Of a stretch of DNA of 64,000 nt, positions 19,409-28,699 are shown in pieces. The DNA lies in the NCBI GenBank assembly GCA_963761305.1, contig CAVXGK010000001.1, positions 576,001-640,000 of the forward strand, in the 5' to 3' direction. The translations under genes and the position numbers were made by a program. The notes under the pieces were generated by a model, which did not search any database, was not told where the DNA came from, and saw nothing but the letters and a program-made list of their open reading frames with translations. This DNA comes from an uncultured Gemmatimonadaceae bacterium (GTDB lineage: Bacteria; Gemmatimonadota; Gemmatimonadetes; Gemmatimonadales; Gemmatimonadaceae). Positions within the stretch are counted from its first letter, which is position 1. Every line of letters starts with the position of its first letter.

Positions 19409-20767
19409 CAACACGACCATGGCGACGCTGAAATAGATCACGAGGCCCGTGACGTCGACGAGCGTGGCGACGAACGGCGCCGACGCGCTGGCGGGATCGA
19501 AACCGAGTCGCCGAAGAATGAACGGCAGCATCGACCCGGCCAGCGATCCGAAGCTGACGATGCCCACCAGCGCCAGCGCCACCGTGAGGGCGACGAGCGC
19601 GTGGTGCGGCCCGTAGTCGAAGATGCCCAGCAGCTGCCAGGCCGAGATGCGCGCGAAGCCGATGATGCCGAGAATGACGCCGAGCAGCAGACCCGTCGGC
19701 AGCTCGCGCACCGCGATGCGCCACCAGTCGCGCAGCCGGATTTCGCCGAGCGCCATCGCGCGAATGATGAGCGACGTCGCCTGCGAGCCGGAGTTGCCGC
19801 CCGAGCTCATGACGAGCGGAATGAACATCGCGAGAAGCGCCGCGCGCTCGATCTCGCTCTGGAATCCCTGCATCGCCGTCGCGGTGAGCATCTCCGACAG
19901 AAAGAGCGCGCACAACCACGGTGCGCGCTTCCGGATCATCTGGAAGAAACCGATGTCCATGTACGGCGCGTCGAGCGGGCGGGTACCGCCGAACTTCTGG
20001 GCGTCCTCCGTCTGCTCCCGCACGATCGCGTCGATGACGTCGTCCACCGTCACGATGCCGAGCACATGGTCGCCCTCGTCGATGACCGGCACGGCGAGCA
20101 GGTTGTACTTCGCGATCACTCGCGCGACTTCCTCACGGTCCGTCCGAGGCGTCACCGTGATCGTCGCGCGGCGCTCGCTCACATCGAGGATCCTTGCCGA
20201 GGGATCGGCCACAATCAACTGTCGCAGTGACGCGACGCCGACGAGACGCTCCTCGTGGTCCAGGATGTACGCCACATAGACCGTCTCCTTGGCCATCGCG
20301 ACCTTTCTGACGTACTCGAGCGTTTGCGACACGCTCCAATCGGAGGGCACCGTCATGACTTCGGTGGTCATGATCCCGCCGGCGGAATCCGCCGGATACT
20401 CGAGCAGCAGCTTGAGCGTGTGACGCGTGTCAGGGTCGAGCTTCTCGAGCAGCGGCTGTCGCGCGGCCGGCGCGAGGCCGCGCACGAGATCCGCCTGCTG
20501 GTCGGCCGACATTCCTTCGACGAGCGCCGCCGCGGCACCCGAGTCCATCGTCTGCATGATCTGGTAGCGGCGATCGAACTCCGGCTCGTCGAACACCCGC
20601 ACGGCGAGATCGAACGGCAGCACCGCCAGCAGCTTCGCCGCTCCGGCCGGCGGGAGCTGGCCGAGCGCGTCCGCGATGTCGGCCGGACGCATGCCCTTCA
20701 GCGCCTCGGCCAATTCAGTCGGGTCGCCGTGCAGGAGATAGAGCAGGTCGGCGTTAGGGACGGGCAT
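19391..20767 (-). CDS. mgtE: Magnesium transporter MgtE
   Basis: MgtE N domain, CBS pair (SAGGIMT, GIVTVDD), SGGNSGSQA, DPASASAPFVATLVD. Confidence 0.95.
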   Translation of the reverse strand: MPVPNADLLYLLHGDPTELAEALKGMRPADIADALGQLPPAGAAKLLAVLPFDLAVRVFDEPEFDRRYQIMQTMDSGAAAALVEGMSADQQADLVRGLAPAARQPLLEKLDPDTRHTLKLLLEYPADSAGGIMTTEVMTVPSDWSVSQTLEYVRKVAMAKETVYVAYILDHEERLVGVASLRQLIVADPSARILDVSERRATITVTPRTDREEVARVIAKYNLLAVPVIDEGDHVLGIVTVDDVIDAIVREQTEDAQKFGGTRPLDAPYMDIGFFQMIRKRAPWLCALFLSEMLTATAMQGFQSEIERAALLAMFIPLVMSSGGNSGSQATSLIIRAMALGEIRLRDWWRIAVRELPTGLLLGVILGIIGFARISAWQLLGIFDYGPHHALVALTVALALVGIVSFGSLAGSMLPFILRRLGFDPASASAPFVATLVDVTGLVIYFSVAMVVLRGTLL

Positions 20768-20822
20768 AGCAGTGGCCGGAGCTTGGGGGGAGCCTGACGT
20801 CGGGAGGTGATTTAAAGAATGT

Positions 20823-21605
20823 CTATGCGGCGGCCGCGCCGGGCTTCGGCGACTGCAGCGCGAACGATCCGCCTTGCGGGTCGCGGGCCATCGCGATCCA
20901 ATCGCCGTTCGGTACTTCCATCGGACCGTTCACGATCGCGCCGCCGAGTCGGCGCACCGCATCGGCGGCCGGAGTCACGTCGGTGACGCCGATGTACGAG
21001 AGCCACCGCGGCGCGGTGGCGTCGCCCGGGCGATTGAACATGCCGCCGTACGCCTGTCCATGCTGGCCGAACATGCAGTACGGGCCCATCGTCCCCATGT
21101 CGACCTCGCTCGTCTGTTCCCAACCGAACAGCGATTGATAGAACGCGAATGCGGCCTTGTAGTCGGTCGTCGCCAATTCGTGCCACGAGAACTCGCCGCG
21201 CCGGGGCGCGGCGCCCGGCGCGCCGCTCGGCCGATCGGGCTCGTAGATCCCCATCGTCGCGCCCTGCAGATCGGCGATGAGCGCCCAGCACCCGACGCCG
21301 GGCACTTCGGCGGGGCCGGCCAGCACCTTGCCGCCGAGTGTCGCCGTCTGCCGTGCCGAGGCGTCCACGTCGTAGACGTAGACGTACGGAGTCCAGTGCG
21401 GCTCGCCGCGGCGGTCGGCGGCGGCGGGATCGATCGCGACGATGCCCGCCATCGGCGCACCCGAAGCCTCGATCATCCGATACGAATCAGATAACTGTGA
21501 TGATCGTACGGACCACGGCGCCACCTGCGTGTAGAACGATTCGGCGGCGGCGGGATCGCTCGTCGCCAGCTCGTGCCAGACGAACCAGCCTTGGGCGTTC
21601 GACAT
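20823..21605 (-). CDS. VOC/glyoxalase family two-domain protein
   Basis: FVWHELATSD..FY, FSWHELATTD, DPQGG. Confidence 0.88.
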   Translation of the reverse strand: MSNAQGWFVWHELATSDPAAAESFYTQVAPWSVRSSQLSDSYRMIEASGAPMAGIVAIDPAAADRRGEPHWTPYVYVYDVDASARQTATLGGKVLAGPAEVPGVGCWALIADLQGATMGIYEPDRPSGAPGAAPRRGEFSWHELATTDYKAAFAFYQSLFGWEQTSEVDMGTMGPYCMFGQHGQAYGGMFNRPGDATAPRWLSYIGVTDVTPAADAVRRLGGAIVNGPMEVPNGDWIAMARDPQGGSFALQSPKPGAAAA

Positions 21606-21635
21606 CGTCGTCTCGGGTGAGGGGGCGGCGCCGCG

Positions 21636-22469
21636 CTAAGCGTCGAACCAGGCGCGGGCCGCGGCAAACTTGGTGTGCAGCTCGCCGGCGTCGGCGCGCG
21701 ACAGAACGCGCCTGAAGCTTGCCACCTCCTGTTCCGCAGCCGCAAGCGCGGCGTCGATCGCGGCCGCGTTCTCGGCGGCGATCGCCGACCACATCTCAGG
21801 CGAGCTGCCGGCGAGGCGCGTGATGTCGCGTCCACCCGGGCCGAGGGCGTCGCGGCCGACGCCCGCGCGACCGAGCGCGAGCGCCAGCGCCGCCGACAAG
21901 ACGTGCGGCAGATGGCTCGTCCAGGCGAGCGTATCGTCGTGCGCGGCCGCGTCGATCGACACGGGATGCGCGTCGAGGCTGCGCCAGAACTGGTCGGCGC
22001 GGGCGACGAGCTCGGCCGACGCGCCGAACGGCGCGCACAGATATACACGAGCGCCGGCGAAGAGTCCGCGCCGCGACGCCGCCCAACCAGATCGATGATC
22101 GCCGGCCATCGGATGCGATCCGACGAACCGCTGCGCGAGCCCGAGCGACTCGGCCTCGGCGACGATTCGACCCTTCGTGCTGCCGACGTCGGTGATCATC
22201 GCGGTGCCGTGATTCGCGGCGGCGAGCGTGCGCAAGACGTCGATCGCGGTGTCCACCGGCGTCGCGATGACGACGACGTCGGAACGAAGCGCGGCCAGCG
22301 ACGCGTCCAGCTTGCACGACACGACGCCGCTGTTCACCGCGTCGTCGAGCGCCGCGTCGTCCGCATCATAGGCCTCGATCTCCACGCCGCGCGCCGCGAG
22401 GTCTTTCGCGATCGAGCCACCGATCAGTCCGAGTCCGACGATCGCCGCGCGTTTGATCGAACCGCTCAC
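21636..22469 (-). CDS. tyrA: Prephenate/arogenate dehydrogenase
   Basis: GLGLIGGS, TDVGSTK, FVGSHPMAG, HD..LAWTSHLPH. Confidence 0.92.
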   Translation of the reverse strand: MSGSIKRAAIVGLGLIGGSIAKDLAARGVEIEAYDADDAALDDAVNSGVVSCKLDASLAALRSDVVVIATPVDTAIDVLRTLAAANHGTAMITDVGSTKGRIVAEAESLGLAQRFVGSHPMAGDHRSGWAASRRGLFAGARVYLCAPFGASAELVARADQFWRSLDAHPVSIDAAAHDDTLAWTSHLPHVLSAALALALGRAGVGRDALGPGGRDITRLAGSSPEMWSAIAAENAAAIDAALAAAEQEVASFRRVLSRADAGELHTKFAAARAWFDA

Positions 22470-22798
22470 GTGTGCTCCGGTTTCGACGACGCGCGCGCGC
22501 GGGCCTCGCTTTCCTCTTGCGCGCGCCGCGACATGCCGACGATCTGCCAGAACACCTCTCGCACCGGCTCGGTGGGCAGCCCCGCTTCGCGGGCGACGGT
22601 GGTCACGCGGCGGATCACCGCGGCCTCGCGCGTCGGATCGAGGATCGGCAGCTCGGCGATGCGCTTCAGTTCGGCGATGCGATGGCCCAGCCTCAGACGT
22701 CGCGCGAGCAGCTCGACCAGATCATTGTCGATCGACTCGATCTCCTGGCGGGCTTGCGACAATTTCTGGAGCGCCAGCGCCTTGGAGGGTTCGCTCAT
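22466..22798 (-). CDS. Chorismate mutase (AroQ type II)
   Basis: [33 protein letters not shown]; start overlaps the aroF stop. Confidence 0.9.
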   Translation of the reverse strand: MSEPSKALALQKLSQARQEIESIDNDLVELLARRLRLGHRIAELKRIAELPILDPTREAAVIRRVTTVAREAGLPTEPVREVFWQIVGMSRRAQEESEARARASSKPEHT

Positions 22799-23850
22799 GC
22801 GACGGCCCGTCCTGGTATCGTGGTCTCGAGGCGCCGGCCCGCCGCCGACGCGAACGCGGCGAGCGATCGCATCATCTGGGCGAACGCCGGCGGCGCGAGC
22901 GACTGATCGCCGTCGGACAGCGCGTGTTCTGGATCCGGGTGCACCTCGACGATCAGTCCGTCGGCGCCGGCGGCGATCGCCGCGAAGGCGAGCGGTGCAA
23001 CGAGCGCCGCGTCGCCGCCCGCGTGGCTCGGATCGACGATCACCGGCAGGTGCGACTCGCGCTTCAGCACCGGGATGGCGGCGATGTCGAGGGTGTTGCG
23101 TGTCGCCGTCTCGTACGTGCGAATGCCGCGCTCGCACAGCACGACGTCGTGGTTGCCGTTGGCCATGATGTACTCGGCGGCCATCAAGAGTTCTTTGATC
23201 GTCGCCGAGAGGCCGCGCTTGAGCAGCACCGGCCGCCGCACGCGTCCGAGCTCGGCGAGGAGCGCGAAGTTCTGCATGTTGCGCGCGCCGACCTGCAGCA
23301 TGTCGGCGTGTTCGGCGACGAGATCCACCTGGCGCGTGTCCATCACTTCCGTCACCACGGGCAATCCGGTCTCGGCGCGCACTTCGGCGAGCAGCCGCAG
23401 CGCCTCGACACCGAGTCCCTGAAAGGCGTAGGGCGACGTGCGCGGCTTGTAGGCGCCGCCGCGGAGCATCGTCGCGCCGGCTCTCGACACCGTGTGCGCC
23501 GTGGCGACGAGCATCTCGCGGCTCTCGACCGAACACGGCCCGGCGATGACGGTGAGCGCGTTGCCGCCGAAGCTGGCGTGCGCCTCGCGGCCGCCGACGT
23601 GCACGACGGTGCGCTCGACCGCGAATTCGCGCGACGCGAGCTTGTACGGCTTGAGCACCGGCGTGACCGATTCGACGCCGGGGAGCGAACGCAGCGGCAG
23701 CTCGGCCAGGAGCGACTCGTCGCCGATGCATCCGATGATCGTGCGCTGCTCGCCGCGGGAGAGATGCGTGCGCATCCCGGCGGCTTCGATGCGCTCGCGG
23801 ATATGGTCGATCTCGGCGTCGGTGACGTTGGCTTTCGTGACGATGATCAT
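22795..23850 (-). CDS. aroF: DAHP synthase (class I-beta, N-terminal regulatory domain)
   Basis: [48 protein letters not shown]. Confidence 0.95.
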   Translation of the reverse strand: MIIVTKANVTDAEIDHIRERIEAAGMRTHLSRGEQRTIIGCIGDESLLAELPLRSLPGVESVTPVLKPYKLASREFAVERTVVHVGGREAHASFGGNALTVIAGPCSVESREMLVATAHTVSRAGATMLRGGAYKPRTSPYAFQGLGVEALRLLAEVRAETGLPVVTEVMDTRQVDLVAEHADMLQVGARNMQNFALLAELGRVRRPVLLKRGLSATIKELLMAAEYIMANGNHDVVLCERGIRTYETATRNTLDIAAIPVLKRESHLPVIVDPSHAGGDAALVAPLAFAAIAAGADGLIVEVHPDPEHALSDGDQSLAPPAFAQMMRSLAAFASAAGRRLETTIPGRAVA

Positions 23851-23881
23851 TGGCGTTTCACGTGGAGCGGTTGAGGTCCGG

Positions 23882-23919
23882 AAAAACAAAAAAGCGACCC
23901 GTGTGGTTCACGGGTCGCT
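23882..23919 (-). terminator. Attenuator intrinsic terminator (3:4 hairpin + U tract) upstream of aroF
   Basis: AGCGACCCGTG-aacca-CACGGGTCGCT followed by TTTTTGTTTTT. Confidence 0.9.
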
Positions 23920-23947
23920 GGGGTAGGTGCGCGGCGTTGTTGATCGG

Positions 23948-24025
23948 CTAGCGCGTACGGCTCCGCCCACGGCCCGTTCGGGTCGCGTAATAATAGGAGT
24001 AAACGTAGGCCGCAGCGCGGATCAT
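23948..24025 (-). CDS. Tyr-rich attenuator leader peptide MIRAAAYVYSYYYATRTGRGRSRTR (25 aa)
   Basis: 5 Tyr in 7 codons, directly upstream of the terminator and the tyrosine biosynthesis operon. Confidence 0.85.
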   Translation of the reverse strand: MIRAAAYVYSYYYATRTGRGRSRTR

Positions 24026-24031
24026 GCGCAT

Positions 24032-24060
24032 ACGGTACGGACGGGAGCGCGGAGTGTCAA
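24032..24060 (-). promoter_or_regulatory. Sigma70-type promoter of the tyr leader
   Basis: TTGACA-N17-TACCGT-N6-ATG. Confidence 0.75.
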
Positions 24061-24066
24061 GCCGGG

Positions 24067-25542
24067 TCAGCGCAGGCGCTCCTCGGCCAACTCGTGTTTC
24101 GCCGCGAAATCGTAGAGTGTCGCGCGACGCAGGTGGTAATAGGCATTCCAGTAGTTTCGCAGGGCTTCGACGTGCGCGATGAGCGAATTGTCTTTGTCGC
24201 TCTGGGCGTTGTACAAGTCGGTGTTGCTGATCTTGCCCGTCGTGTAGCGGTTTCGGGCGACCTCGAACTGTTTGACCGACACCGTGTCGGCCTTGGCCGC
24301 CAGGGTCACGTTGCGTTGAGCCTGCTCCAACTGGAGCACGGAGAACCGCGCGTCCTCGGCGATCTGATCGCGGCGCGTCTTGTTGTTGGTCACGGCCCGC
24401 CGGTCATCCGCCTTGGCGGCCTCGACGTCGGAGTGGCCGGCGCCCCACTGGACCATCGGCAGCGTGACGCCGAGCGTGAGCGATTGCCGCCCCATCGGAC
24501 TCTGGTACGCGGCACCGAAGCCGCCCGCGGTCTGGTTGAACCCGACCGTCGCCGCCACCTGCGCGTTGAATCCGTTGTTGAGCTTCGCCTGTGTGATCTC
24601 GTGGTGCACGTTCACTTCGTCCAGACTCGACTGCTCAATGAGGCTGGCGTTCTTCAGTGCTTCCTTCACGGCGACGTCCGGATCGGAATCAACGGTCGGA
24701 ATCGAATCGGGCGGAACGATGGCGAGCGATTGGTCGGCCGGGTAGTTGAGCATGCGGCGCAGCGCGGCCTCGGCCCGATCGCGCGCGAGCTTGGCGTCGT
24801 CGACCGACGCGCGAGCCCGCAACAACGCGAGCTCGCTCTTGAGCAAGTCGTTCTCGCCGATCTTGCCGACTTCGTAACGGCCCTTGTTGAGCGTGTAGAG
24901 CGTGTCGTTCACCGCGACGTTGGCCGTGGCGTTGGCGAGCGTCATCTGTTGCTCGTAGAGATTGAAGAACGCGTCGGCTGTGCCGCCGGCGACGTCTTCG
25001 CGCGCTTCGAGATACGATCGTTCGGCCACGCTCGCGCTGAGCGACTGGATTCGCTCCTGCCAGACGACTTCGCGCGGCTGGAACAGGTTCTGTTGCAGCG
25101 TGAGGACCACGGGCGACGTCTGCCAATACTTGTTGTACGTGGTGCCGAATTCATCGATGCGGCTGACGGCCGAGCCGACCGTGATCGTGCCGCCGGTGAG
25201 CGGGATCGCCTGGCTGAATCCCAACTGCATCGTCGACTGATTCTGCGACTGCCCGACGAACGCCGTCGAGCCGTCGGGCGCGGTGATCGGGTTGATGCCG
25301 TGATTCAGGTTCGCCGCGTTGCCGCTCAGAAAGAGCTGCGGCCGGAGCCGCGCGTTGAACGCGTCGTTGTGATAGCGGGCCGCGTCTCGCGTCGCGCGCG
25401 CGCCTTCTGCCAGATCGCCGCGCGTCTGCGCCATCGCGATGGCGTCGGCGAGCGTGAGCGACTTGCCGGAGGCGCGCGCGGAGTCCTGAGCAACCGCGGC
25501 CGGCGCGAGGGCCGCGAGCAAGAACAACGTCGAGAGTCGCAT
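24067..25542 (-). CDS. TolC family outer membrane efflux protein
   Basis: Signal peptide, LTLADAIAMA, duplicated helical repeats (RYEVGKI, RYTTGKI); next to permease and adaptor. Confidence 0.85.
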   Translation of the reverse strand: MRLSTLFLLAALAPAAVAQDSARASGKSLTLADAIAMAQTRGDLAEGARATRDAARYHNDAFNARLRPQLFLSGNAANLNHGINPITAPDGSTAFVGQSQNQSTMQLGFSQAIPLTGGTITVGSAVSRIDEFGTTYNKYWQTSPVVLTLQQNLFQPREVVWQERIQSLSASVAERSYLEAREDVAGGTADAFFNLYEQQMTLANATANVAVNDTLYTLNKGRYEVGKIGENDLLKSELALLRARASVDDAKLARDRAEAALRRMLNYPADQSLAIVPPDSIPTVDSDPDVAVKEALKNASLIEQSSLDEVNVHHEITQAKLNNGFNAQVAATVGFNQTAGGFGAAYQSPMGRQSLTLGVTLPMVQWGAGHSDVEAAKADDRRAVTNNKTRRDQIAEDARFSVLQLEQAQRNVTLAAKADTVSVKQFEVARNRYTTGKISNTDLYNAQSDKDNSLIAHVEALRNYWNAYYHLRRATLYDFAAKHELAEERLR

Positions 25543-25583
25543 GAGTGGGGGCAACTGGGGGCGGGGGCGGGGGCGGGCTCGTA

Positions 25584-27011
25584 TCACTCGTAGCGGAGGC
25601 ACACGATCGGATCCTGTTTCGCGGCGCGCGACGCGGGCACGATGCCGAACAGCACGCCCACCGCCGCCGATACGCCGAACGCGACGACGACGGACATCGG
25701 CGAAACGATCGTGTGGATCTTGGCGATGCGTTCGATGGCGGTCGCGAGCCCGACGCCGAGCAGAATGCCGGCGAGGCCGCCGGCGAGGCTGATCATCACC
25801 GCCTCGCTCAGGAATTGCGCGCCGATCTCGTTGCGCGTCGCGCCGACGGCGCGCCGCACGCCGATCTCCTTGATGCGCTCGAGGATCGACGCGAGCATGA
25901 TGTTCATGATGCCGATCCCACCCACGATGAGCGAGATCGACGCGATCGCGCCGAGCACGATGTTGAAGATCGTCTTCGTGTGCTGCTCCTGTTGCAGCAA
26001 CAGCTCGGGCACCGTGATCTCGAAATCGGTGACGTCGTTGTGCCGGCGCTGGAGCATGCGGCGCGAGAGATCGGCGACGGCGGTGACGGCGTCCGACTTG
26101 TCGACCTGCACGATCACCTTGTCGAGCTGGTTGTAGTTCCGCTTCTCGGCGCGTTGGTCGTCGGTCTCGCTCGAGTCCGCGTTCGAGCCGCCGCTGTTGG
26201 CGTCCTGGGCCGCAAGCTCCATTTCCTGTTGCGTCACCTCGGCCCGATTCCGATAGCGCAGCAACATGGTCGGCAGCGGGACGTAGACGTCCATGTTGGC
26301 GTCGCGAATGCCGAGCTTCGACGCGATGTCGGCCGAGAACTTCCGGTCCTCGAGCACGCCGACCACGGTGAGCCATCCGTTGCCGACCTTGATCGGCTTG
26401 CCGATCGGATTTTCCGTCGTGAAGAAGCGCGCCTTCACGCCCTGCCCGATGATCGTCACCGGCGCCGAGCTCGAATACTGCATCTGCCCGAACGGGGCGC
26501 CCTGATCGATCCGGAGATTCATGATGCGGAAGTAGGTCGAGTCGACGCCGACGATCTTGCCCGAGCGATGTTGGCCCTCGCGCGTGATGACGCTGTTGAC
26601 GACGACCTCGCTGCTGGTCCCCATCACGTCCGGCACGACACGCCGAATGGCCTCCGCGTCGAGGTACGACAGGCCCGGCGTGAAGCGCTTGCTGTCTTTC
26701 TTCGCCGTCGGGTCGTTGTCGACCTTGCCTTCCTTCTGCTCGACGATTGGCGTGATGACGATGTTGTTCGCGCCGAGGAGCTTCATCTCCTCGAGGATCG
26801 CCTGCTCGGCGCCGCTGCCGATGGCGAGCATCGCGATCACCGACGCGACGCCGAAGAGGATGCCGAGCGACGTGAGACCCGCCCGCAGCTTGTTGTGGGC
26901 GAGCGCTTCAGCAGCGGTCCCGGCGCTGAAGCCGAGTTGCGCGATGAACGCCTGCAGTCGCGACGCCGGAGGTGTTGGCGTCGCGGCCGATTCCGCGGCG
27001 AAGGTCGCCAC
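25584..27011 (-). CDS. MacB/FtsX-like ABC transporter permease
   Basis: NKLRAGLTSLGILFGVASV, GGIGIMNIMLAS..ERIKEIGVRRAVGA, PASRAAKQDPI. Confidence 0.92.
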   Translation of the reverse strand: MATFAAESAATPTPPASRLQAFIAQLGFSAGTAAEALAHNKLRAGLTSLGILFGVASVIAMLAIGSGAEQAILEEMKLLGANNIVITPIVEQKEGKVDNDPTAKKDSKRFTPGLSYLDAEAIRRVVPDVMGTSSEVVVNSVITREGQHRSGKIVGVDSTYFRIMNLRIDQGAPFGQMQYSSSAPVTIIGQGVKARFFTTENPIGKPIKVGNGWLTVVGVLEDRKFSADIASKLGIRDANMDVYVPLPTMLLRYRNRAEVTQQEMELAAQDANSGGSNADSSETDDQRAEKRNYNQLDKVIVQVDKSDAVTAVADLSRRMLQRRHNDVTDFEITVPELLLQQEQHTKTIFNIVLGAIASISLIVGGIGIMNIMLASILERIKEIGVRRAVGATRNEIGAQFLSEAVMISLAGGLAGILLGVGLATAIERIAKIHTIVSPMSVVVAFGVSAAVGVLFGIVPASRAAKQDPIVCLRYE

Positions 27012-27014
27012 GCG

Positions 27015-28409
27015 TCAGCCCTTTAGCTTCGTCGCGGGGGCGGCGCTCGTTGGCGCGGGCTTCACGGCGCCTTTCGCGCTGTCGGACTTCGCGGGAAGCG
27101 TCACCGATTTGGCGGTGTCGCCACCGCTGCCCGGCGGCGCGGTCGGCTGCAGGCCGGGAATGATCTCCGTCTTGACGGTGGCCTTGTCCGCCGGCGGCGT
27201 CAGGAAGACGCGATCCTCTTCGGTCAGCCCCTTCTTCACGACGATTTCGTTGTCGTTCGTCTCGCCGGTCTCGATCATCTGCTTCACGACGCCGCGGCCG
27301 CTCTTCTTGAACGCGTACGAGTAGCCGCCTTCGGACGCGACCGCCTCGAGCGGGATCGAGAGGACTTTCGGCACTGACGCGACCTCGATGGCGTTCGCCG
27401 TCGTCATGCCGGGTCGCAGCGTCGTGTCCGCCTTTTCGACCTCGATCTTCACCTCGAACACCTTCGAGTCCTGGTTCGGCCGCTGCTCGCCGACGTTCGC
27501 GATCGCCGTCACCTTCCCGGTGAGCTTTTTCGTCGGGTCGGCGTCGAGCGAGATCGACACGGGCTGCCCGACGAGCAGCTTCCGCACGTCGACCTCGTTC
27601 ACGTACGTCTGCGACTCCATCTGCGTGAGGTCGGGCAGCGTCGCCACGGTCGGATCCCACGTGTTCCACTGCGACCCGACGCCCTTTTTCTTTCCGTTCC
27701 ATTCGCGAACGTAGATGACCATGCCGGGCGACGGCGCGTTGATCGTGAAACCGTTCAGCGCGTCTTGCACCATCTTGAGGTTCGCCTGCTGGCGACCCAA
27801 CTCGGCGGCCGCGACCGACATCTTCGCTTCGGCCTGCTTCGTCTTGGTATCGAGATTCTTCTTCGACTGATCGAGGGCGCGCTGCGCCTTCTCGTAGTCG
27901 ATCTCCGCCTGCCGCTTGATCGACGGCGCTTCGAACTGCGCCTGCTCCTTGGCGATTCGTTTTTCTTCGAGGCCGTACTCGGCCGTCTTCACGTCCTCGC
28001 GCGCCTGTGAAAGGTTGAGCGCGGAGTCCAGCGACACGTCGGTGAATTGCGCTTGGGCCTTCTGCAGATCGAGCGTCACGCTCTGTTGGCGCGTCGCGGC
28101 GGGCGCGCGATCCAGCTCGGCGATCTTGTCGCCTTCCTTGACGACCGTGCCTTCCGGGACGATCCAGGTGATCTTCGACTGATAGATCTGCGCTGGCTGC
28201 GAGTTCGGCCCCTGAATCTGCACGAACTTGCGAGCGCGGAGCTCGCCCGTGGTGGTCACGATGACCTTGAAGGTGCCCTTCTTGACCGGCGTGGTGAGCA
28301 CGGCATCGGCCCCCGACGCGGTCGTGGGCCATTTGTACCAAGCCACCGGCCCGCCAACGACGAGAACGGCGATCAGAATCGGGAGCCAGCGCGCACGCAG
28401 TTGACGCAT
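27015..28409 (-). CDS. Efflux periplasmic adaptor (MacA/HlyD-like)
   Basis: N-terminal TM, VPEGTVVKEGD, coiled coil, APSPG, LRPGMT. Confidence 0.9.
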   Translation of the reverse strand: MRQLRARWLPILIAVLVVGGPVAWYKWPTTASGADAVLTTPVKKGTFKVIVTTTGELRARKFVQIQGPNSQPAQIYQSKITWIVPEGTVVKEGDKIAELDRAPAATRQQSVTLDLQKAQAQFTDVSLDSALNLSQAREDVKTAEYGLEEKRIAKEQAQFEAPSIKRQAEIDYEKAQRALDQSKKNLDTKTKQAEAKMSVAAAELGRQQANLKMVQDALNGFTINAPSPGMVIYVREWNGKKKGVGSQWNTWDPTVATLPDLTQMESQTYVNEVDVRKLLVGQPVSISLDADPTKKLTGKVTAIANVGEQRPNQDSKVFEVKIEVEKADTTLRPGMTTANAIEVASVPKVLSIPLEAVASEGGYSYAFKKSGRGVVKQMIETGETNDNEIVVKKGLTEEDRVFLTPPADKATVKTEIIPGLQPTAPPGSGGDTAKSVTLPAKSDSAKGAVKPAPTSAAPATKLKG

Positions 28410-28699
28410 CTCGAGGGTCCTCGAGTCGGGTGGTCGGGCAACTGCCGATAGAACGCGACGCAAAACGGCGCCAAGCGGGTCGCGCCCGGATACTAGCGGC
28501 GGCGGGCCAACCCGGGCATGAACGGTTCATTAGCGTTCGATGAACGCCAGGATACCCTCACGCCGGGGCCCGGTTCCGTCGACGCCAGGCATTCGACACT
28601 ACGAGCCGGAGAAGCGTTTGCTTCAATCCGGCTGGGGCCGGTTGGCGGCGCCCCGGCCGAGAGCTGGGCCGGGGCATCGGTGGGCCGGGGACCGTCCCT

